In this document: positions 9,894-21,269 of the stretch, piece by piece
Numbering within the stretch: position 1 is the first letter of the stretch
Layout of the letters: each line of letters begins with the position of its first letter
Made by a program: the position numbers and the translations under genes
Notes under the pieces: model-generated
Database searches by the model: none
Told to the model about the DNA's origin: nothing
The model's input: only the letters and a program-made list of their open reading frames with translations
DNA from: an uncultured Planctomycetota bacterium
GTDB lineage: Bacteria; Planctomycetota; Planctomycetia; Isosphaerales; Isosphaeraceae
Direction of reading: 5' to 3'
Assembly (NCBI GenBank): GCA_963823665.1
Contig: CAWGMQ010000003.1
Span: forward strand, 1,760,001 to 1,824,000
DNA: 64,000 bases

Positions 9894-10457
9894 ATGCGAG
9901 CGAGGTCATGGATGGCCGCTCTCGTCCTGGTCGTCGGCACCTCGATCGCCGTCGGGCGCGCGATGCCGGCACTCGTGATGAGTCATGCCGACGACAAAGG
10001 AAAAGCCGACGACGCCCCGAAAGCCAAATCGCCTTCCGAAAGCGCTGGTTCCAAGACACCGGCAATCCGCGTCCCAGCCGCTCAGCTTGAGCTGTGCGTC
10101 GCCGGGCTGGGCTCTGAAGGCTGTGACGTTCAAGTCAAGCCCGGTAATGCGAGCTGCAAGTTCAGCGCGGTCTACAAGAAGCGCGGCGAAAACCATCTAT
10201 TCGTCCCCTCCGATGGCTATGCCAGCGTCCAGCTTCGCGACATCGAGCTTCGCGGCGCCGACCGCACGATCACGGTCGCCATCACCATCCGCGAAAAAGG
10301 CCAGGCGGCCAAGACGTTCTATCGCGGCTTCCGGCTCAAGTCCAAACCCGACGCCAACGATCGGGAGGCAACTTCTTCGGCCGCACCGACCTTTACGTGT
10401 TACTTGAGCTCTCCCTCCAAGATCGCGAAGTCCGAAGAGTCTCGCACTCGCAGATAG
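9894..10457 (+). CDS. Hypothetical secreted protein
   Basis: AGGAG RBS, signal-peptide-like N-terminus, beta-rich body. Confidence 0.65.
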   Translation: MRARSWMAALVLVVGTSIAVGRAMPALVMSHADDKGKADDAPKAKSPSESAGSKTPAIRVPAAQLELCVAGLGSEGCDVQVKPGNASCKFSAVYKKRGENHLFVPSDGYASVQLRDIELRGADRTITVAITIREKGQAAKTFYRGFRLKSKPDANDREATSSAAPTFTCYLSSPSKIAKSEESRTRR

Positions 10458-10538
10458 AGAGCGCGCTCGACGGTGATCGACGGTCCATCGCGGCAATGGC
10501 AAATCGAGGACGTCGCGGTTCTCGGTAATGGACTTGGA

Positions 10539-11859
10539 ATGAAAAAGCCCTTCCTGCCCCCCGGGCCGAAATACCCGGCCGCCCTTCAGGGCGCCTGGCT
10601 GACCTACCGGCCCTTCGGCTTCCTCGAGTGGTGCCGGGCCCATCATGGGGAGACGTTCACCCTCAAGCTTCCGTCTGTTGGCTCTGTTCCCATTTTCACC
10701 AGGCCCGACGACATCGAGCGCATCTTTGACCTCGACGGGACCGCGCTCTGGGGCGGGGCAGCAGGCGCCTCTGGTCGACTTCGCCGGTGATCGCTCGCTC
10801 ATGAAACTCGATGGTGCAGCCCACGACGATCATCGTCAGATCCTGGCAAAGGCGCTCAGGCCCTCGGAGCTGCCCGAAGGCGGCGAGGCGACGCTCGAGT
10901 GCATCCGCCAGGCTGTAGCCGCATGGCCGCTCGGCAGACGCTTCGACCTGGGCAAGGCCGTCGATCGGCTCGCACTGATGCTCGTATCGGATCTCGCCCT
11001 GGGCGTGGCGCCAGAGGAGCTCCTCGCCACCGCGTCGCAGACGCTCGACGGCTTGCGCCGCGCCGCTCGACCCATGGGCCTGCTTCGTAAGGCCCTGCCG
11101 CCGCCCGCGCGATCGCCGTTTCGCACACTGCGAAGCGTCGCCGAGCCGTACCTCGACTCGAAGCTCAATCGCATCGACCCACGATCTACGGCCCGTCCTT
11201 CCTGCGTCTTCGCCCGCATGGCGGCAGCTTGCTCGCGGCCTGCTGCAAGCCCGCAATTCGTCGGAGATGATGTCCGCGATGAGATGATGACGGTGCTCGT
11301 CGCCATGCTGGCCGGCTTTTCGTGCGGCCTGAAGCATGCCTTCTACTGGATTCTCCGCTCGAGCGGAACGCAGGACCGTGTGCGTGCCACCGCCGGGCAA
11401 AACCCGACAGCACCCACTGCTGCCGAGATCGCCCGCCGGCCATTTCTGGACGCCGTTTGCAAGGAGGTCCTGCGATTTTGCCCGGACATACCGTTCGCCG
11501 TCCGCAGGACTTGCACCCCTCTCGACCTGGGGGGATGGCGGCTGCCAGGGGCCGCCACGCTCGGGATCGGTATCTATCTCACCCACCGGCGAGCTTCCAG
11601 CTTCGACGATCCCAACCGGTTCCGGCCCGAGCGATTCCTGAGTGCCCGGCCGTCCCGGACCGAGTATCTACCGTTCGGAGGCGGACGTAGGGGCTGCGTC
11701 GCCGGCCCGTTCTATCTCTTCGTGCAAAAGCTGGTCCTCGCGGCCGCGTTCGAAAAGCTTCGATTTCGCCTTTGCGATCGGCGCGACAATCCGGTTACGC
11801 TCGTGGCCATCGTCTCCAGTCCATCACGGCCGCTCTGGGTCATTGCCGAGCGAGCCTGA
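10539..11859 (+). CDS. Cytochrome P450 (one frameshift near 10755)
   Basis: LPPGP N-terminus in one frame; EVLR (ExxR), FRPERF and FGGGRRGCVA heme-Cys motif in the next frame. Confidence 0.85.
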
Positions 11860-11906
11860 TCGATGGCGGGCGCCATCCGATCCCGCCGCCGCCACTGGAA
11901 AGGACC

Positions 11907-13171
11907 ATGCGCCGTTGAACGTGCTGCTCGTCACACTCGGCTCCTCCGGCGACGTGTTGCCGTACGTCGGAATCGGCCGAGCACTACGCGCTCGCGGCCA
12001 CGACGTGATGTTGCTTGCGAACTCCCATTTTGAAACGGTCATCCGGGAATGCGGGCTCGAGTTCACGGAGCTTGGGACCGAGGCCGAGTATCAATCGATC
12101 ACTTTGGACCCGTCGCTCTGGAGCCCGATCACAGGCGCACGCCTGCTCGCGAGCGACCTCATCCTGAGCAACATGCGGCGGACGTTCGAAATCATCGAAT
12201 CGAGAAACGTGCCCGGACAGACGGTGATTGCCGCGCCGTTCACCGCGTTTGGAGCGAGGATCGCTCAAGAACGGCTGGGAATTCCGCTCGTGACAATCTG
12301 CTTGCAGCCGTCGGCCTTGCGCAGCACCCGAATGCCACCGGTGATCAAGCCGCTTCCGCTCTCACGGCATTTTCACCCGGCGTGGAACAAGCTCTGCTTC
12401 AGCCTGGCCGATCGAGTCTTTTTCGACCCGCTCGTCCGCCGCCAGACCGACGCGCTGCGCCGGGAGCTGGGCCTCTCCGCCGTGCAGGGAAGCTTCACCG
12501 ATTGGTCGTTATCACCGTCGCGCACCCTCGGTCTCTTTCCCGACTGGTTCGCGCCGGAAGCGTTCGACTGGCCCAAGCCCGTGCGCCTCTGCCAGTTTCC
12601 CCTTTACGACGCGAGCGAACAAACTCCGCTGACGCCACAGGCAAGCGAGTTTCTTGAGTCCGGCGCGGCCCCGCTGGTCTTCACGCCGGGCTCGGCCATG
12701 AGGCACGCGTCGCAGTTTTTCGCGGCTGCGGTCGAAGCCTGCCGTCTGTTGGGCGTCCGTGGCGTGCTTGTCTCACCGTTTCCAGATCACCTTCCGCCCG
12801 ACTTACCGCCCTACGTGCTGACACACGGCTGGTTCCCGTTCAGCCGGTTATTCCCCCGCGCGGCGGCTGTCGTTCACCACGGTGGGATCGGCACGACCTC
12901 ACTGGCACTCCAGGCGGCTGTGCCTCAGCTCATCATGCCGATGGCATTCGACCAGCACGACAATGCCCGCCGCCTCGAGCGCCTGGGAGTGGCCCGATCG
13001 CTTTCGCCGCGGAAGTTCCGGGGCCCTGCCGTGGCACGGGCCCTGGGAGAGCTGATCGGCTCTCCCTCGCTCGCCACCGCGTGCCGGACCGCAAGCGAGC
13101 GACTGGAAAGCGAACCTTCGCTCGGACAAGCCTGCCGCTGGATCGAGCAGGCGGTCTCCGGCGGAGCATAG
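11907..13171 (+). CDS. GT1-family (RhlB/sterol glucosyltransferase-like) glycosyltransferase
   Basis: NVLLVTLGSSGDVLP, HHGGIGTT, PMAFDQHDNA. The start is either TTG 11915 or ATG 11907 with a 1-nt indel. Confidence 0.9.
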
Positions 13172-13181
13172 CGAGCAACCG

Positions 13182-13628
13182 TCACTTCAACACGATCGGG
13201 TCCAGATGATTTTCCTGCGCCCGCACGGTGATCTCGATGTGCGAGCTGTCTTCGTCGGTGTACTTGAAAGGGAAAAGCGGTTTCTTGGACTTGGGGCCCG
13301 ACTGCAACTCCGGCGCTTCGATGCGCACCTTGTAGTCGCCCGGCGGCGCTCCGTCGCCTGACCCGCCCGTGACCACCTTGAATGTTCCATCCGGGGAAAT
13401 ACTCGCGCTGGGCGTGATCGGCAGGTCGCCTTTCGGGACGAACGAGATCACACCGCTCGAGAGCGGCTTGCCGTCGGCCAGCACAACCTTACCAGTCACC
13501 TCGTAAACCGTGAGCTTCGGCAGCCTGTCTGACTGACCGCACCCGGAGAGCCCCGCCAGCAAGACCACGCTCAACCACGCCGCAGCCGTTCGCGGGCGGA
13601 CCGCTGCGAACCTCTGTGAAACGCTCAT
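13182..13628 (-). CDS. Carboxypeptidase-regulatory-like domain lipoprotein (DUF1559 partner)
   Basis: LSGC lipobox; VTGKVVLADGKPL, DGAPPGDYKVRI. Confidence 0.85.
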   Translation of the reverse strand: MSVSQRFAAVRPRTAAAWLSVVLLAGLSGCGQSDRLPKLTVYEVTGKVVLADGKPLSSGVISFVPKGDLPITPSASISPDGTFKVVTGGSGDGAPPGDYKVRIEAPELQSGPKSKKPLFPFKYTDEDSSHIEITVRAQENHLDPIVLK

Positions 13629-13666
13629 GAGAGAATGCGACTCCTGTTTTAGATGAAAGAATTGAT

Positions 13667-13700
13667 CGGGCCGGCGGATCGAGTTCCCTCCGCCGGCCCG
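13667..13700. terminator. GC-rich stem-loop between DUF1559 gene and lipoprotein
   Basis: CGGGCCGGCGGA / TCCGCCGGCCCG, perfect 12-bp arms. Confidence 0.5.
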
Positions 13701-13726
13701 GTTGCATGCGACTGGCCAGATCGGCC

Positions 13727-14797
13727 TCAGTACTGGTCGGCCGAGATCGACTCGGCGCCATTGAGCGTGAGCAGGGAACGCAGTGCCACCAGGTTGACGG
13801 AGTCTTTGACGAAGTGAACGGAGCCGTCTCCGAAGAGCGCGTTCACACCGCTGGGGTGATACGAGAACGGCTCTTCATTGGGTCCGGCCTGGTTGCCGGC
13901 GGTCACCGTCGTCGTGGGCCAGGGCACGCCCTCGTTCGTCGGCATTCCTTTGTTGTTGGGCTGACCGGAGGTGCCGAACGCGGAGCCTGGGTCGGCCCAT
14001 CGCCAGAACCGGTGCCTGGCGGTTGGCCCTCCCGCCGGGCCCTGGCCGCGAATGACAGGATACATTCCCTCGAAATACTGACTCACGAACCGCTCGTCTC
14101 TGCCTGCGCACTCGATGATCATGATCGTGTTGCTCAGCCCGTCGGTAACCTCGCTGATAGCGGTCTTGCCGTCTTTTAGCAAGCCTTTCGCAGCCACCGT
14201 CTTGTTGCGATAAGGGACAATCGGTGTTGCCCCAACGCCGCCAATCTGAAGTGCACCGGCGACGACGTTGATGTCGGTGTACACCGACGGAGCGTAGTCC
14301 ATGTAGCCGTATCCCTGGCCCTGCGTGAGTTCGTAGGGCGAGGCGTTCGGGTCGGCCGCGCATGTGTCTCGCGTTGAAGAGCGAGGCGTGCTCGGGCACA
14401 GAAAAGCCTGAACTACAGGCGACATCGCCGTGAAATTCCCGCCGCTGGCGTCGTTGTATTCGTAAACAAAGTTGGCTGAGTTAAAAAGATTCGTGCCTTC
14501 CATGTAACCCAGAATACGTGCCTGCACACTGAATCCCGTGTCAGGAAACTGGACCGAAGGCGGGACCGTCGTCAGATTGATCGATTTGCACGCCGGCGGC
14601 AGCGCACTCTGGCCGCTCTCGTAATTGAGCAGGGCCAGCCCCAACTGTTTCAGATTGTTGCTGCACTGGGCGCGCCGCGCCGCCTCTCGGGCAGACTGCA
14701 CCGCCGGCAACAGAAGCGCGATCAGAACCGCGATGATCGCAATCACCACCAAAAGCTCGATCAGCGTGAATCCCCGTCGGCAAGACCTCGGCGTCAT
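13727..14797 (-). CDS. DUF1559 family prepilin-type protein
   Basis: [10 protein letters not shown]..., [32 protein letters not shown]. Confidence 0.95.
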   Translation of the reverse strand: MTPRSCRRGFTLIELLVVIAIIAVLIALLLPAVQSAREAARRAQCSNNLKQLGLALLNYESGQSALPPACKSINLTTVPPSVQFPDTGFSVQARILGYMEGTNLFNSANFVYEYNDASGGNFTAMSPVVQAFLCPSTPRSSTRDTCAADPNASPYELTQGQGYGYMDYAPSVYTDINVVAGALQIGGVGATPIVPYRNKTVAAKGLLKDGKTAISEVTDGLSNTIMIIECAGRDERFVSQYFEGMYPVIRGQGPAGGPTARHRFWRWADPGSAFGTSGQPNNKGMPTNEGVPWPTTTVTAGNQAGPNEEPFSYHPSGVNALFGDGSVHFVKDSVNLVALRSLLTLNGAESISADQY

Positions 14798-15265
14798 CAA
14801 TTCCTCTCCTTTTCCCACTAAGAACTAGCGGACATAACCCCATCCGGCATGTCACGGGGTTCAGTCTGATAATTTCGACCGAGCAAGTCAAGTATAATGT
14901 CGGTCGATCTAGTCAAGATTCTTGAAACGGTGATTTTTGGCACTTCACGCAGAATGCGCGAAGGGCCTCCTATGCTCAACGGATCGCGCAGGTCGTGGTT
15001 CACGACGACGGAGCGAACCGGCCTCCTGAACGTAAACGATTATTCACATTGGTTTAATGAAAAACGAATGCGCTTTCCCGATTTCGTTGGAACCGAGTGG
15101 TCGTGTGGGTTACGATCAAACCCTTCTTGAGCACGATCGTCGAATCTACGTGCGATTGACCGTGCATGATTGCATCAACGTCGGATCCCTGCGTCCGGCC
15201 TGCTCTGCTCATTCTTCGCGAGCCATCGCGGCTGGCCACGGTTGATTAAAGAGGGAAAGATCACC

Positions 15266-16315
15266 ATGCAAGGCACAGTAAATCGGAGGCATTTCATGGG
15301 CTCTACGGCGGCTGCGAGTCTGGCCACCCTCGCGATCGGTGCGATGGGGCAGAAGCCCTCCGGAGGCAAAAGACCGATTGTCGTGGCCAGCGGCAACGGC
15401 CTGCGCACCGTCGAAAAGACCATGGAGCTGCTGAAGGCCGGTCACGATCCGCTCGACGCAGCGATTGAAGGTGTGGCGATCGTCGAAGCCGACCCCAAAG
15501 ACCACTCCGTCGGATACGGCGGTCTCCCGAACGAAGACGGGATCGTCGAGCTGGACGCCGCCGTCATGCACGGCCCGACCCACGGCGGTGGCTCGGTCGC
15601 CTCGATCCGCAACATCATGCACCCTGCCGCGGTGGCCCGTATGGTGATGCAGCGCACGCGGCATTGTCTGATCGTGGGGGAGGGTGCGCTCCGGTTTGCT
15701 CGCGCGCACGGCTTTCCCGAGGTCGATCTCTTCACCGACGAGGCCCGCCGCATCTGGCTGCACTGGAAAGAAACCCGCGACGCCAAGGACGACTGGCTCC
15801 CTCCTCCCGATGCGAAGGTGGCTGCGTTTGTACGCGACATGGTGGCCAATCGCGTGACCGGCACGATTCACTGCTCTGCCCTCGACACCCACGGCGACCT
15901 GGGATGCACCACGACGACCTCGGGCCTCTCCTGGAAGATCCCAGGGCGGGTCGGCGATTCGCCGATCCTGGGCGCCGGGCTCTACCTCGACAACGAAGTC
16001 GGCTCGGCCGGTTCCACGGGTGTGGGCGAAGCCAATCTCTTGAATCTCTCAAGCTACCTGGTGGTCGAAGGCATGAGGCGCGGCCTCTCCCCCAAGGACG
16101 CCATCATGGAAACCTGCAAGCGAATCGCGACCACCAGCATTCGCGACCCCAAACGCCGCCGCCCCGACGGCAAGACCACGTTCCAGGTGTCGTTCTACGC
16201 CGTCAGCAAGGATGGTCGCTACGCCGGCGGATCCATCTATCCCGGCGGCAGGATGGCCGTACACGACGGCGAGAAAGCCAGGCTGGTACCGTGCGACCCG
16301 CTCTTCGAGAAATAG
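15266..16315 (+). CDS. Ntn-hydrolase of the asparaginase-2 family (glycosylasparaginase-like), Tat-exported
   Basis: NRRHF Tat motif; SVGYGGLPNEDGIVELDAAVM, G-TIH autocleavage site, TTTSG, GRVGDSPILGAG, STGVGE. Confidence 0.9.
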   Translation: MQGTVNRRHFMGSTAAASLATLAIGAMGQKPSGGKRPIVVASGNGLRTVEKTMELLKAGHDPLDAAIEGVAIVEADPKDHSVGYGGLPNEDGIVELDAAVMHGPTHGGGSVASIRNIMHPAAVARMVMQRTRHCLIVGEGALRFARAHGFPEVDLFTDEARRIWLHWKETRDAKDDWLPPPDAKVAAFVRDMVANRVTGTIHCSALDTHGDLGCTTTTSGLSWKIPGRVGDSPILGAGLYLDNEVGSAGSTGVGEANLLNLSSYLVVEGMRRGLSPKDAIMETCKRIATTSIRDPKRRRPDGKTTFQVSFYAVSKDGRYAGGSIYPGGRMAVHDGEKARLVPCDPLFEK

Positions 16316-16322
16316 GCCCGTT

Positions 16323-19224
16323 TCAATCCGCCTTCTCGACTGCACCTTGAGTCACCGCCTTGGAGGCGACTTCCTCGAAAGCTCGCAAACCGTTGTGTTG
16401 AGGTTCGCTCAGTGGCAGGGTTTTCGCGGTTCGACATGCGCGGAGCACCTCGTCGGCATTCCCTTCGAGCACGCAAAGGAGTGCCTTTCCGTACCAGGCC
16501 TCGCCAAGCTCAGGATCGAGTTCGAGAGCGCGGCGGTACGAGGTTTCTGCGCCCTGGAAGTCGAATGAAGCGAGGCAGGCGTCACCAATCCTGGCGAGTC
16601 GCAGGGCTTCTGAGGGCGCGTCCAGCGATCGCTCCCAGATCGCTCGCGCCGTGCGGGGATCGCCCACGTGCATCTCCGCGATCGCGAGACGCTCGGCTAG
16701 CGGCCAAGGCATTCCCCGTACCTGTGTTAACGACTCCGCCGCGACCCGAGTCACCTCCTCTGCCTGCGCATCAGACATACCTCGCAATTGATATGACTCG
16801 CTGAGTGACCGCAGAGTCGATCGGTTCTTTGGGCTTGATGCGAGGGAGCGCTTGAAACTGTAGGTCGATAGGGCCCACGGCAGCGCTGCCGCGGGATCCC
16901 AGAGATCCTTCGGAGCCGGCGGCCGAAGGCTCGACTCAAAGTAAAGCAGCTTCGTGCCATGGCCGAGGAGAGTCCAGGCACCCGACCAGTCGGGGCGGGA
17001 AGACAGCGACTTGCGGGCCAAGTCTTGCGAAAGAAGCGACGCCCCAAGACGCACTGAGGGAGAGGCCTGCCGCGCTCGGTTCAGCGCCAAAGCCAGTTCG
17101 ATAAGCGAACGCGATTCCGCGTAATCCTCTTCCGGCGTGTTCTTCAGAACCGACCGGCGGGCAAAGGCGAAGTGCCGCGCCGCGAAATTGACCGTCGGAT
17201 AGATTGTTTCCAGGTCAAACCGCGCCTGCGGAATAAAGGCAGACGCGAACTGGTCCCAGTAGACGCAGCGATAGCCGGTGCTCGCGAAGAGCGTCGCCTC
17301 CGCGCCCCCGTTCGACGGGTGATCGAGCATGATGAGCGGGTCGCCCATGCGTCCTACGAGTGCCAGCCACCGACGATCTCCGCGGTTCAGCCACGCGTCG
17401 GCAAGCCGATACGTTTCGAAGGTCGCCAAGCTGGGGACTTCCAGCCGCGCGTCCATGAACACTTTGCGCCCCGGCGAGTTGTGGTAGATATAGACTCCAG
17501 TCTGACCCAGGTTGAAAACGAGTGCCCGGTCGGGAAGTCCGTCTCCGCCGGCGAACCGCGCAGGCTTCGTGCGCGAACGTCAAGGGACGTTCCCGAAGTC
17601 CGAAATGAAGCAGATAGCCCGTAAGAGGAAAGAAGCGGTCGGTCACGACCAAGAAAAGCCAGGCTAGAAGAACGAGCGCCAGCCCAATCCGACCGCACAT
17701 TGAAGCGATGAGACGGCCTCGTCGGTATGGGACGTCGACCTGGAGAGCGGCCACCCATTCACTCACGTTCCACGCGAGAACCGTTCCCGCGACCAGTCCG
17801 AAAAAACTACTGTTGCGGTCGGCTGTCAATCCGAGATAACCGAATGCGACCGACAAAAACAGCCGGAAGGAATCGACTCCCGAGCGAATCAAAAGAACGA
17901 CCATCGGCAAACCGATCGAAAGCCCGGCGACCATCGGCCCGAACGAATGCGCTCCCGCTCGCCAGTCGATTAACGAATTGACCGGGCCGAAGAGGTAGCT
18001 GCGCAGCCAGTCGAGCCATATGGCGCAGGCCAGCGCTCCCGCCGCAGCGAGGATGCCAGCCCCACCCGACTTCAAGAAGAATCGTGCCGAGACAAACAAC
18101 CCGCCGAGAACCAGGAGTGCAGGAACAAAACGTGCGAACTGGACCAGCCAGCCTGGCACGCTGTTTCCAGGCAACCCAAAGCTCGCAATCAATACGAGGC
18201 TGGCCGCCAAGCAAAACGTCCCACCCCAGACGGCGGCTCGTGGGGATCGAAGACCGTTCGCCTTCTTCCATCGTCGCCATACTGCGGGGAAGACAAAGCT
18301 CAACGGGAGAATCATCAACAGAAACACCTGCGCAATGACATAAATTCGACCGGAAGCGCCCGCGATGCTCTCGCGTTGCAAACGCATTTGCAGGCTCATC
18401 ACCTCGTCGATCGAGTCCCGGTAGGCATTTGATGGATCGGTGATTTTAGGGAGCAATTCCAGCGGAAACAGGGCCCCCGAAATCCCGTAAGGATTGGCCA
18501 GACAGGCGATCCCCGCCAGAACCGATGCCGGAACGAGATAGGGCCATGGTGGCACACGTTTTTCATCCGTCATGCCAGAGTTTGCTCGCCAGAGCGTGAT
18601 CGACTGAACGAGCCTCGAGAACAAGTAGCCCAGAGTGACGACGATCCCGATCGCGAACAAGGAGTGGGTATTTACCCAGAGGAACATCACGACTGGTAGC
18701 GCCCAAGCCCAGGCAGGACGGATGTCGACTCGTAGCAGTAAAACGAGCAATACAGCAGTAAAGAGAAGCGAGAAACACTCCGGACGCGGGTCGAACCGGG
18801 TGCTCATCAAGAGGAGCGCCGGCATCCAGCACCAGAGGCTCACCCAGAGCGGCCAGGCTTGCCTCCGCGCCGTAGACGCGAGCAGGAACGCAAGGGCACA
18901 AACCCCGGAAGCCAGCAGAATCATTCCAGGAACACCGCCCATCGCGTGGACTCGCGCCAGAATCACTTGAAAACCCCAATGTAAGTCAATCCATGGCCGA
19001 TTTCCCGAAGAGAACGTGAATGGATCAAGGCGCGGCACCCGCCCCTGGGTGAGAATCCATTCCCCTGCTCGGACGTGCCACCAGACGTCCGTGTCAAACA
19101 TTTCAACACATCCAAGTAGCAATGCCAAAATACCCATGAGCGCGGCCAGCAGCGCGTCGATCGCGCGGCCGGCGCCCGGATAAGCGGAAACGGAAAATGG
19201 CGCTGTGCCCGTAGGCTGTACCAT
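16323..19224 (-). CDS. Polytopic membrane protein (GT-C-like) with C-terminal TPR; frameshift near 17560
   Basis: DTDVWWHVRAG, WIDLHWGF, RPECFS, LWVNTHS and NPYG motifs with many TM helices; the second frame continues FMDARLEV and ends in TPRs (YRRALELDPELGEAWYGKA). Confidence 0.75.
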
Positions 19225-19316
19225 TAATATGACCGCTGTTTCACGGGATGGTCGGGTACGGCAAAACCCTGACGCGTTCTGCCGATTCGTTCGGGGCGTA
19301 AGCAATCGGCCGTCAA

Positions 19317-21035
19317 TCAGTGAGTGCCTTCTCGGCTCTGCAATGAATCGCTGGCCGCGATGAATTCGGAGCGTCGAAACGCCCAGATCAAGGGCACTCC
19401 CGCGTGCGACGAGATGACCGCAGTCGGGCCATGCCGCGCGACGAGTACATGGTCGAGCTCATCCAGAGCACCCGGCCGGTTTTGCAGGATGTACCACTGC
19501 CACTCTCGCGAATCGTAGGGATACGCTCCCGGCAAGAGCTTGCCTGACTTCCGCAAGTGGAAGTACGAGGCTGGTGTGGCAGAGAAGAGGATTGTTCGAC
19601 TCCGGTTCGTGTGCTTGTTGATCCAGCGGAGGCAATCTGGGGTCAATGCGTCCCAGTAATAAGTCGGCTCCATACCCAGTCGTGTCGCACCGGGAAGACC
19701 GCCGACCAAGGGGCTGAAGTAGGAAAGAGGCACTGGCATCGCGAGGAACGTGCTCACGACTCCTTCCGCGAGCGCCAGCAGAGCCGCCGCCTTGGAAAAT
19801 GAGGGCCAACGTTCGATCGCCCAAGCCACGCCTAGACCCGCGACGAGCGCAAGACAACCAAAAGCCGGCAGGAACTGCCGGACGCCATCGTGGCCTGGGG
19901 TATGCGGCAGTGCCCGCAACACCAGAAGGAAAATCCAGTGGATCGTCGCCAGGCTTGCGAGCCGATCCATCTTATGTGCAAGTGTCGCGGCCAGACCCAA
20001 GATGGCCAGCGCGAGGAAACCAATGGGCGTCGCCATGGCCGTCCAGACCAGTGTGTTGTACCATGGAAGTGACCCGTTTGGAGTCTCGTACACGTACCCG
20101 AGAAACTGGGTCGGAATGGGCTGCGTCGAGCCGCGAGTAAGGTTCGACCGAAAGAATCGCTCGACGCCCAAAATCGGATCGCCCCACCAGGGAGGCGTGA
20201 AGATATAAACGGTGACGAGAGCCACTATCCCACCCAGAATGACCGTGATGATCCCGCGCCGATCTCGATGGATCACGGACCAGGCAAGGAAGGGGAGCGG
20301 CAGAAACCATCCGGTGAACTTGGTCCCAGCCGCCCAGCCGGTGAGAACTCCGTACAGGATGACCCACAGCGAGCTTCGCCGGGGTGGGGGCGAACCCGAT
20401 TCACAAGGCAATACGGCGCTCGAAAACGCAAGAATCGCCCCCACCCACAGGCTCGAGAGCAGCGCGTCGTAGTGCGCGTAATGGCCGAGCGCGAACAATT
20501 GTGGCTGAAAGACCCACGCTCCGCTCGCGACCGACGCGGCCCAGAACCCTCGCCGCCTCGCCAGAAAAGCAAAGAGCGCTCCGGCGGTGAGACTGAACGC
20601 AATCATGGTTCCCAACCGCGCTCGAGCGAGTTCCCCCCTTCCCGGTGTCAATAGATCGCCCGCCAGTGCGACGATTGCGTAGAAAGGCGGATGACCGTGC
20701 GGCTCATCACGCGCGAAGGGCCAGAACCAGGCAAGGACGCGCGCCGAAACGAGTTTTGCCCGCGTATCGATCTCGGAAGCACGCGGCGGTCGCACGCTGT
20801 CTTCGACGGCTGGCGCGATCCGCTCTGGTCGCCACTTTGAGGCGGCGACAGCAGGATCGGCAAACGCACGACCCCATGCTCGGATCCTCTCCAACCTGAT
20901 CAGCACCCATCCCTCGTCCCACACGATCGCGAGCACCGGCTCGGTCGCAAGCATCATCATGAAAGTCGCAACAGCGACAAGAATGCCCCCAACCCGCGAC
21001 GACTTCTTGCGATCCAGCGAACCGACAGGACGCAT
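19317..21035 (-). CDS. ArnT/PMT-like (GT-C) membrane glycosyltransferase
   Basis: IVWDEG acidic motif, HPPFY, TKFTG, HDGVRQFLP, YYWD; multiple TM segments. Confidence 0.8.
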   Translation of the reverse strand: MRPVGSLDRKKSSRVGGILVAVATFMMMLATEPVLAIVWDEGWVLIRLERIRAWGRAFADPAVAASKWRPERIAPAVEDSVRPPRASEIDTRAKLVSARVLAWFWPFARDEPHGHPPFYAIVALAGDLLTPGRGELARARLGTMIAFSLTAGALFAFLARRRGFWAASVASGAWVFQPQLFALGHYAHYDALLSSLWVGAILAFSSAVLPCESGSPPPRRSSLWVILYGVLTGWAAGTKFTGWFLPLPFLAWSVIHRDRRGIITVILGGIVALVTVYIFTPPWWGDPILGVERFFRSNLTRGSTQPIPTQFLGYVYETPNGSLPWYNTLVWTAMATPIGFLALAILGLAATLAHKMDRLASLATIHWIFLLVLRALPHTPGHDGVRQFLPAFGCLALVAGLGVAWAIERWPSFSKAAALLALAEGVVSTFLAMPVPLSYFSPLVGGLPGATRLGMEPTYYWDALTPDCLRWINKHTNRSRTILFSATPASYFHLRKSGKLLPGAYPYDSREWQWYILQNRPGALDELDHVLVARHGPTAVISSHAGVPLIWAFRRSEFIAASDSLQSREGTH

Positions 21036-21137
21036 GTCGCCCTCCGAGTCGTTGCCTCCCGTAGATCGCGGACCATGTCCGCCTTCTGCGGAATAAAGAA
21101 ACAGCGTGATTCTATCGAATCGCCAGGCGCACGAATA

Positions 21138-21173
21138 AGCCCGAGCCCAAGTCGCCTGACTTGAGCTCGGGCT
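21138..21173 (-). terminator. Stem-loop downstream of DUF1559 gene
   Basis: AGCCCGAGCCCAAGTC-GCCT-GACTTGAGCTCGGGCT. Confidence 0.55.
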
Positions 21174-21269
21174 GAGTGCGGCCGTAGCAAGTTGCGTTTG
21201 CGGCGCGTCGCGAGGGGAGGCGAGCCACTCGATCGTGATGCGATTCGAGTGGCGGCAACCCTCGGTTAA

